A stretch of 64,000 nt of DNA, taken from the IMG/VR virus record IMGVR_UViG_3300034418_007369, positions 16,292-80,291 of that record; one strand, written 5' to 3'. A program made the position numbers and the translations under genes. The notes under the pieces are model-generated. The model was not told the DNA's origin, searched no databases, and saw only the letters and a program-made list of their open reading frames with translations. This stretch comes from a virus. Numbering within the stretch: the stretch's first letter is position 1; each line of letters begins with the position of its first letter. Positions 55,001 to 62,700 of this stretch are shown in pieces.

Positions 55001-57326
55001 GCTCATTCTCGTTGTATATCAGTCTAGCGAGCTTTAGAGACGTAGAAGAAAAAGCTAAAGTTCCAACACTCCTATTTGCTACCAGCTGCAATATTTCTTC
55101 TGTGACTTCTATATCAGAAACCCAAGGATCATAATCATAACTTCCAGCAGCAACAGACTCGAAAACTTTAAACGCTTGCCATGTAGCCCGTCCGCCTGTA
55201 GCCATTCTTAACTCATCTACAGTAGCATCATAATAAAACGCATCCTGATCTTGTGTTACTTGAATCGTCACCGGCGCGTCTACATCATATGCATTTGGAA
55301 AAGATAGCGGGCATCCGTTATTAGCTCTTTGCAGTATCCATTTACCATTTACATCTTTGCCCCAAACGGGAACCATTCCCGGAGTGTCACCAATCACATA
55401 TCTAGTAGCTGGCGCACCAACGATAAGCTGTTGAACAACCTCATCAGAAAGCTCTTTTCCGGTACTGTGAGAAACCAACTTTCCGGAATTCTTCTTCTCT
55501 GTTATCAGAGCTTGGATTCTGCCGCCTTCAGGCTGAGACGATCTCTCAATTATTTTTAATATTATATAGGGCCGATTTATCGGATGAGAACCATCTTCTG
55601 AAAAGTTTGGCGGGGGACTTCTGTCTTGAACGTCATAGGTATAGCTATACTGCAATATCTCGCAACACTCTTCTATTATATTTGTGATAGTCGCAACCTG
55701 ATTAGAAATTCTAAAATTCTCTGGAACGGTTTTAATTGCCGTTAGATCTATCTCAAATTCGCTTTCTCCAAAACTTATTTTAGAACCAAATACAGATTCA
55801 TTTCTAGACATAAGCTCAATCGTATCAAGCAACAGCCTAGCGGGAAAACCGGCAGAATTCGTTCCGGCGTCACCAAAAGTACCACCAGCAGAATAATTCT
55901 CGTAATGAGCAAGAGCATTGTATATATTTTTCATGCCTTGCGAATTATTGAAAATTGGACCATACTGTATTTCAGGAGTGCCAAACCCAAATTCTATAGG
56001 ATGGCCCGGATTTCCATAGTCAAAATTATTAAAGCTATTTATAGACCCGTAATTATAACTACCGCCATCAAAATCAGATAATATAACATTAACACCGCTT
56101 AAAATTTTTCCTCCGGGAGACTCAAGAATAAGATCAAATCTTTTGCCGCTGGTAGACTCGTCATATGTCCATCTCTGAACTATTCCACCAAAATAAAATT
56201 GACCATATTTAAAACAATAGGCAGTGCCAAGAGTTGGATAAGTGAAAAGCTTACCAGCGTCTGGATCTTCAACGAGGGTCAACTGCACAGAAGAGCTTTG
56301 AGCACCAAAAGAAACGCTGGAAGAAAATTTCTCAACCCAACAACCAAAAGCCTCCAAAGTCCCATCTGGCCCCTTGATAAATCTTTGAACGTTTATTGTA
56401 TGCTGCGTCGGTTCAGCATCATACCAATCAACCAGCCCATTTAAAGGATCTACGGGATCTGAAATAGGATCGGGCGTAAAAGTTGCCGTTACTGTGTAGC
56501 TAGAGTCCTGAATACTATCAAGATCTGGTGAAAAAGATAGACTCCCCTCTGGCTGCGATCCTGTTGACCCATCAATAAATTTGACACTATCCTCATTAAT
56601 ATTGTTTCGGGCATAGTTGTGATGCTCTATGGTAGAGCCATCTTTCAAGGTGCGCGTTTCAAACTCTCCCGTACTATCTAAATCCAAATTCCAAACTGGT
56701 TTAAGGCAGACATCTCTCACATCCTTTGTTACTCTAATATATGCTTGATGTTGCGAGGGAGCAGACCAGCATTTAGAATCTGCTTCATTGAGAGTGATAC
56801 TAAATGTAACTAACTTATCCTCATCAATCTCTTCGCCGGGAAGCGGAGAAACCTGAGTAAACGTAACGTTGGGATTACCGTCAGGAGTAACGACAGTAAA
56901 GAAACCTGTATAGTCTTCCACTTCGTGCTTCTTAAATACGACCTCTTCTCCACCACAAAGCCTGCGAAATACAGCCTCTCCATTGGGTATAGAACCTTTT
57001 ATTTTTGGAGTTCGATCTTTAAGAGTGTATGTAACTGGAATCTCTAAATTTAATGTGGCTGCTTCATAGTCTAAGATTGAGTCAGGGGTAAAAGTTAACT
57101 CTACTGAGACAGACTTCCTACCGTCATTATACGTAGTGCCAGCAGCCACAGACTGACTCCAAGCACCAGAAACACTGTCACCGTCTTCTGGATCATACGC
57201 GACCGCACCGGCAGTATAATCAATCAGAGTAATGTCGTCAAAACAAAGAACGGCACCGTTAGCAGTGTAGCCAGTACCTTGAAGTCTGTAGCTTTTAGAG
57301 TATAATGATGGAGTTTTTTGTGTCAT
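52014..57326 (-). CDS. large tail/baseplate hub or central fibre protein (1770 aa)
   Basis: Size, position downstream of the tape-measure-like gene, beta-rich Ig-like N-terminus, FGGIVQRW hub-like segment, poly-Gly hinge before a variable C-terminus. Confidence 0.6.
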   Translation of the reverse strand: MTQKTPSLYSKSYRLQGTGYTANGAVLCFDDITLIDYTAGAVAYDPEDGDSVSGAWSQSVAAGTTYNDGRKSVSVELTFTPDSILDYEAATLNLEIPVTYTLKDRTPKIKGSIPNGEAVFRRLCGGEEVVFKKHEVEDYTGFFTVVTPDGNPNVTFTQVSPLPGEEIDEDKLVTFSITLNEADSKCWSAPSQHQAYIRVTKDVRDVCLKPVWNLDLDSTGEFETRTLKDGSTIEHHNYARNNINEDSVKFIDGSTGSQPEGSLSFSPDLDSIQDSSYTVTATFTPDPISDPVDPLNGLVDWYDAEPTQHTINVQRFIKGPDGTLEAFGCWVEKFSSSVSFGAQSSSVQLTLVEDPDAGKLFTYPTLGTAYCFKYGQFYFGGIVQRWTYDESTSGKRFDLILESPGGKILSGVNVILSDFDGGSYNYGSINSFNNFDYGNPGHPIEFGFGTPEIQYGPIFNNSQGMKNIYNALAHYENYSAGGTFGDAGTNSAGFPARLLLDTIELMSRNESVFGSKISFGESEFEIDLTAIKTVPENFRISNQVATITNIIEECCEILQYSYTYDVQDRSPPPNFSEDGSHPINRPYIILKIIERSSQPEGGRIQALITEKKNSGKLVSHSTGKELSDEVVQQLIVGAPATRYVIGDTPGMVPVWGKDVNGKWILQRANNGCPLSFPNAYDVDAPVTIQVTQDQDAFYYDATVDELRMATGGRATWQAFKVFESVAAGSYDYDPWVSDIEVTEEILQLVANRSVGTLAFSSTSLKLARLIYNENEQVFREQRVEAIWNAVQKCANNFFGRVFLAAVPEEPGGIDNNLKYKNERPIDQYASLNDQVAAWAPSASAWVEEKPVDDLNFYDDTGKMKPIAVWGASNFYDYNALGQNYGFYNYNGLFGVASSTAGYASGGEFVYWTDFRSTNGDNCALDPGNDGVPCVVVDAGAQVKEVDIWTGPRMGLVYFAHKFFGISISEDQLIGFSHQLANIEMPPRIVAPGLFGMPQVSNRYSWGPWFSFNGTNGRSQVGFDTNLAPENFGSVDAMNQMGLSYVESNLAEVTSNESGRVRVAEKPAFNISDRLAGSGPYVTSISCSVDVGGIYTDYEFNTWTPKFGKLAKFNADRLSRIYKDTVGALKFLRGRLEKAPIITYANKIFAFQKDDRHQRNRGNGTALGFTQFQRSGGSLGAAHISEAPAKSFEGAVSDLNDAFGTSYNSLANDPWAQYKKSFTCSQEQIFSPYQTAKNKEATSSDEVPKIEYVEVSSESASFSRGAAIPGSEDIDPYFPRNLYQQEDDGGQFLAKTDYHSVINEVDGAQDLTEDLQIRKVETTSISKIRSVGLRGPAVMSGWGYDLANNPVPFQASDQGSGTEEDITVFDQSSSDDRTKWETGPVKLMWDKERKVWSGGHDILVGILKTDITAPPSPYNPTTFEVEVLRKINTPKGQDALALKGETITGYNRDPSLTQSAGDNSFIMVQRINYEWVPVKGGGGGGDIILFETDGYTDVPTAQIIYVTINRLSAGQGTQAPSEDPHEYPGFPDGWEIVWKGYSYDIQSDGDAYLTYGWIYRICNDDFNALEWADSNDMVTWVENLEEQNGGNSDWYFNDHGRMSTDRDTIEDTKEAILIQPAGWDSVDLIPIDPARVDPDNCDTANNCKNLPEPTSQQSIQVTILARPCGSTSVPEESDGRVTVVDTLDAFLYGRTADDIKGRKGSAVYVQNDGEYDCYWAILWMDMFDTVTMVTDITFGTRGVNIERKKVDIWWHCDLDDEYIEGNTCEES

Positions 57327-57351
57327 TTCTTATTCTATGCCTTTAGTTTAA

Positions 57352-58899
57352 TCAATTGGTTGTTTCCGGTATAGCTTCCCATGTTTCACTAAGATTATAA
57401 GTACGAGTTTTTGGATTCCAAGATTCGGAAGAGGCTTGACACTTTCCGCCAGACGGCCTATATGCAGTAACAACGGCTGAAACGTCAGGCTTTCCATATC
57501 CTCTTTTCATAACAACATCTACAGTGACATCTGTTTTCCATAAATTAGTTGTATTCATATCTTGTATAATTGGCCCATCTAATTTTCCAATAATAGCTAT
57601 TACAGCATAAACATCTTCTATCCCATATCTATTTTTATGAGTTACATTTATATTTTCCGAGGCCGCTCCTAAAATTTCTATCTCTCTATCATCATATGTA
57701 ATTGCACACGTCACAACTCCTTCGGTTTTATTTTCGCCGTAGCTTAAATTTACCGGCTCGCTTCTTAGGGCGCCGGTAAAACCAGCGTCTGCATAAACTT
57801 TTTGCGCGTAGGATAATGCCGAAGGCTTAAATAGTTGATATGCGGCCTTAGCATTAGTAAATTTGTCTTTTTTCACTTTATCGCTAATTTTAGATTCTGT
57901 CAGCCCGTTAAAAGTCCCATTTATCACAACAGAAATATTTGGAGATTCTATATTATCTTCTATATTCGCCTCTACGGTATATGTAGCATTACGCTCTTGG
58001 TTGGAAATAACCCAGCTGGTCGTAACCGTATAGGTACCAGAAGATAAATCCGTCTGAACCTGACGAACGCGATTATAAGCCTTGTAACTTAGAGTATCTA
58101 ATTTATACTCCACTCTTTCCCGACCGTCCTTGTCCATCCTAGCAGCCTTAAACTTATCTGGCCAAAACTCAGAGTCGCCAGCCGCATTAGTGGTAACAAG
58201 TTCACTGATTGGATCATCAATAAGTTTTGCGTTAACCCAGATTGCAGCCTGAGCATAGGCCGTCCCATCTGAAGTCATACCGCCATTAGTATATTTTTTT
58301 TGCCCCTGTGCGGTTAGCGTATGAGTAATTTTATATACTTTTTCAACAGTATCATCGGTAGCCAGCCCGCTAAGAATATAAGCAGCGGACTCGTCTTCTG
58401 ATAATTCCCAGTTTTCTTCAGCCCTCTCTAGCTTAAACGCAGAAGTAGAGCCGCCGCCCAGATCATAGCACTCGAAAACAAGAGTATACGGTTGATATTG
58501 CACCCCGCCGGTTTCTTCTGGCACTTCTCCGGCTTCAGCAGAAACAAGTCTCGCATAACCAAACTCCATTCTACCAGACCCGCCACCGCGAGACTCAACC
58601 GCTAGCTTACCAGCAGCCTCCTTCAGTCCTTCGACCACGCTTGTTAAAGTCTTAGATTTTTCAAGCAGGGAACTCTGACGCTCGCCTTCGTTTCTAATAT
58701 TTTGCAAGTCGGAAGATGAAACCGTGGCATTGCCGCTAACAGAAACTGTATATTTTTTATTTAGCTGAGTAGAGTCTCCAGACGTTATATTTTCGCTAGA
58801 TATAGAAAAGTTAGGGAACGGGCCGGGAATACTTGCACCAGTGCCGCCCACTGACAAGACTGTAGCACCAGCCGCCCCAAAAGGTGTAAAAATTATCAT
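57352..58899 (-). CDS. putative tail structural protein
   Basis: 515 aa, beta-rich repeating segments (ENW, TYTVT, TYNLSETW), within the tail operon. Confidence 0.55.
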   Translation of the reverse strand: MIIFTPFGAAGATVLSVGGTGASIPGPFPNFSISSENITSGDSTQLNKKYTVSVSGNATVSSSDLQNIRNEGERQSSLLEKSKTLTSVVEGLKEAAGKLAVESRGGGSGRMEFGYARLVSAEAGEVPEETGGVQYQPYTLVFECYDLGGGSTSAFKLERAEENWELSEDESAAYILSGLATDDTVEKVYKITHTLTAQGQKKYTNGGMTSDGTAYAQAAIWVNAKLIDDPISELVTTNAAGDSEFWPDKFKAARMDKDGRERVEYKLDTLSYKAYNRVRQVQTDLSSGTYTVTTSWVISNQERNATYTVEANIEDNIESPNISVVINGTFNGLTESKISDKVKKDKFTNAKAAYQLFKPSALSYAQKVYADAGFTGALRSEPVNLSYGENKTEGVVTCAITYDDREIEILGAASENINVTHKNRYGIEDVYAVIAIIGKLDGPIIQDMNTTNLWKTDVTVDVVMKRGYGKPDVSAVVTAYRPSGGKCQASSESWNPKTRTYNLSETWEAIPETTN

Positions 58900-59690
58900 T
58901 CTAAAAATCCTCTAGTATATAGGCTAATATTATCTTCTGGCATAGGACTAATAAACAGATCAAGCGAATTATTATTTAGCAATATTCCACTAACATATAA
59001 TGATATATCTCCAGAGGCTATTGTTGAATTAATATATATAGGCATTTGAGCGTCTGTTGGTCTTTCCATATATAATGACATGTCTCCAGAATTAGTTGGG
59101 CTAGCGCCCTGATTCTTTAAATATATACTCATGGAGCCATTTTTAGTATCATAGACCGAGCTATCATTATTTGAATCTACATATAGCGACATGTTTCCAG
59201 AAACAGGAACGCCAAACTGTCCATCGTCAACATTAACATAAACAGGAAGTGATTTATTGGTTTCTAGTTTTTGCTGCAAGGATGAAATAAATAGATTGAA
59301 AGAGCCGCTGTCTTTTGGATTTTCTCCACCTGTAAACAAATTTAAATATGCATATTCAACAGAGCCGTCACCAGAAGGTTGAGCATATTTATCATTATAT
59401 AAATATAAACTCAAGCTTCCAGACGGAATAATGTCTTGTTTTGCAAAAAGAGACATATTGCCACTATCGGGAATTGGCCCAAGGGCAAATAAATTGACCG
59501 AGCCGACTCCTGATGATGGGCCTTCAATGTAAGAATCGAGAGTAGATGTTGACTGAAAAGGGGCTTTTGTGTATATGGACGCAGCAGAAGCCGCGCTACT
59601 GGGGCCAATGCCAAATAGACTAAAGCTGCCCTCACTTGACTGGGGGCCGCTAATAAATAGTGTAAAATCTTCTGCTATACCAGAACCCAT
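58896..59690 (-). CDS. beta-repeat virion protein (SG-x-[MLF]-S-L-[FY] repeats)
   Basis: About 12 imperfect repeats such as SGNMSLFA, SGSLSLYL, SGNMSLYV, SGDMSLYM, SGDISLYV. Confidence 0.6.
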   Translation of the reverse strand: MGSGIAEDFTLFISGPQSSEGSFSLFGIGPSSAASAASIYTKAPFQSTSTLDSYIEGPSSGVGSVNLFALGPIPDSGNMSLFAKQDIIPSGSLSLYLYNDKYAQPSGDGSVEYAYLNLFTGGENPKDSGSFNLFISSLQQKLETNKSLPVYVNVDDGQFGVPVSGNMSLYVDSNNDSSVYDTKNGSMSIYLKNQGASPTNSGDMSLYMERPTDAQMPIYINSTIASGDISLYVSGILLNNNSLDLFISPMPEDNISLYTRGFLE

Positions 59691-59714
59691 CTCTTTTCCT
59701 TCATTTTATTTTTC

Positions 59715-62700
59715 CTAACCGCCACTCTGAAATTTGTTATTTTGCTCATCCATTTTCTTGGAAACTTCATCAGCCACGTACTTTCCAATAAATCCAGAAA
59801 GCTCATCCTTTATTGCTTCAACATTTATTCCAGCAATATTTATCTGTCCACCAACATCTACCTGATGCGACATATCAAAACCCTTCGCAAATATTTGTGC
59901 GACTCTTTCAAGACCCGAAAAAGCGCTACTAATATTATCAAACACAGAAGAGAAATTAGCAACAAAAGAATCAAAAGTATTTTGAATTCCTGAAGTGTCA
60001 ATACCAAGAGAAGAAGCGGCTCCAGCAGGCGAGCCAAGAATACCGCCCTGTTGACGATATTGAACTGGGCCGCCTTTGTTAAACCCTTGAACTTCTCCAC
60101 GATTTAATTTTTGCATGAAAGAAGATCCATATTTACCAACAGCGCTTTTGCTCATAACAAACTCTCCGGGCGTCAACATGGCAGGAATTGTGTCCTGTCC
60201 ATTAGCTCCACCATTAGCGAAGAAAGCGGCAGCATTTCCAAAAAGCATACGCTTATCAAACATCGGAATATTATATCCGCCACGACCCAACATGCTATTG
60301 TAAGGACTTCCGGGAATATATCCAAACGGAACCATGTTTGAATTGCGATTTCCACGCCCGGCCAATGAATCAACAAACCCACGACCAAGATTCCCTTGAT
60401 TCATCATTTGCTGATTCATCATCATCTGATTCATCATTTGCTGATTAAATTGCTGCTGCTGCATGAACTGTTGTTGTTCTGGCGTAAGCTGCTGCATGAA
60501 CTGTTGTTGTTCTGGCGCAAGCTGCTGTTGTCCTTGTGTTGCCTGCTGTGACGCGTCAGATTTTACTGTTTGGGTTGTAAGCGCTTTAGTAATATAATTA
60601 ATTATTCCGCCAAAAAGACTACCAGTACCTTTAGCGACAGAGGCGGCTGGTGCAGTTGGCGTAGTTGGCGCAGTTGGCGTAGTTGGCACAGAACCCTTGT
60701 CAGACGGCGAAGCGGGTTCTTCAACTACTGGCACTCCACCTCTTTCTGCGAGGTCTAGCGACATCGTTCCGTAACCTCTAGCGCTGTACGTATCTCTCCC
60801 GGTTAGCCTTTTTTTACGTCTGGCAGCCGCGCCGCCACGCTTAACCGCGCCTATATTCTCAAGGTCTTCCTGCGTTCTTATGCCTCTCCAGTTTTTTACG
60901 TTTTTAGAACCTAGTACATGGTTTTTGTCGAGAACCTGACCAACGTTGTCGGGCCTGTTTCTGCGCTCCCAGAATTCTCTAGTTCTTTCGTCTTCTTGAT
61001 AGCCAGCGCCGTAAAGACCGCCCGGATTGTTGGCCGTTCTGTTTCTGTTCCTTCGACCAGCCTGCTTCGCAAGCTCTTCGTCAATGCCTACGGGTGGCGG
61101 ACCATACATAGATTCGTCAGCCATTCTCCACGCTTCTGGACGAATACTGCCTCCAGAACGGTAAACGGGTCCACCATTGGCAAAATATGCGGCACCACCG
61201 GCCAAATACATATACTTGTTCACCATTGGAAGATTATAGCCGCCAGCACCAAGCATACTATTGTAGGGGCTTCCGGGGATAGTGCCATAACGAATCATGT
61301 TGTTAGAATTTCTACGATTCCCACGACCGGCGAGCGAATTGACAAATCCGCCACCAAGCGCGGCCTGATTCATCATCTGCTGATTCATCATCATCTGATT
61401 CATCATTCGCTGGTTGAACTGCTGCTGTGGTGTCATCTGTTGCTGCTGTCCTTGGCGACGACTGCCACCTCGCCCATAACCGAATTTATTTCCGTATTTT
61501 TGAGCATTATACTCTTTAATTCTTTCACTAGCGCTAAACTCGGCACCATCTCTAGTGGGTGGCCCACTACGAGTAACAGCGGCATAACGAGTATTTCCTT
61601 CACTATCTGTATATTGGCGCGCGCCCGGATAGGTATAAGTTTTTGCCCCGGTCAATCTCTCTCTTCTTCTGGACGTATACCCCGTTCTTCTAAATCTTAT
61701 TTGTTCTTGTTCTTCTTTTTTATAGGAAGGATCTTTCCGTGGACCAAATTTGACTTTCGGAGTTTCTTGCGTTGTTGGATTATTGGGGTTAACTCGAACA
61801 ATACCGGTTTTGGGAGTTTTTTGCGCGGGTGTTTGAACAGTACCGACTCCGGGAGCTTCAAAAGGAACGATTGGAGTTGGTGCGGTCGGCTTTGGCGCGG
61901 TCGGCTTTGGCGTGGTGGGCTTTGGCATGGTGGGCTTTGGCACGGTCGGCTTTGGCGCGGTCGGCTTTGGCGCGGTCGGCTTTGGCGCGGTCGGCTTTGG
62001 CGCAGCTGGATCTGTCGTAGGATCGTTAGGAACTGGAATTACGGGAGCAAAAGGCTTCTCGTCAGTTGGTATCTGTGGAGCCTGCCTTTCTCTTAAAATA
62101 GAATTTGGATTGATAAGAAGTTTTTGATAGCCGTCTACTAAAGGCCCAAGAAGATAGGGGTTCGCCCTGTCTCCAAGCTCGGCGCTCATTCTATCAAAAT
62201 AATCCTTAGCAATTTCTGGGTCGAGGTTTTTTTCTAATAAATAATCATCAAGAGTCTTAACCTTTTCTTTAGAATGAGCATAGGCGGGAGAAGTGCCGGG
62301 AGGAGCTACTACGGATTCGTTCTTAAACGTAGTAAAGAGGCCGCCCATTCCTGATGTGGCGGTCTTTAGATCTGGAGTATCAACAATACCAGTATCTCCA
62401 TAAAGAAGGTCTTGTCGATATTGCGCCCCTTCCGACATCTTCTGTATTTGATCTAAACCAATACCAGAATCTTGAACTTCATTTATTCTTTTAGTGATAT
62501 AAGACAACACATCTTCCGTAATAGCCCCTTCACCATAGGTATCTTTCAAGTCAGCAATAGCATCCTGTGCAAAATATAAGGACATACTCTTGCTAATCCG
62601 ACCATCTTTTACCCTATTAGAAATATCTATCCCGCCAACATCAGATTTATCAGGCGCATAGTTATACCAATTCTCCACACTCTTGCTCTTACCAATTTTT

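Noticed and set aside
60207-61427. Diversity-generating retroelement TR/VR pair
   Set aside because: Differences between the copies include indels and non-adenine changes, both copies are inside one ORF, and no reverse transcriptase is present in the window.
61879-62003. CRISPR-like array
   Set aside because: The 15-bp units are contiguous with no spacers and encode in-frame PTAPK repeats.
60918-62096. 392-aa + strand ORF and other antisense ORFs in the track
   Set aside because: They shadow well-supported genes on the opposite strand and arise from low-complexity or codon-biased sequence, with no recognisable motifs.
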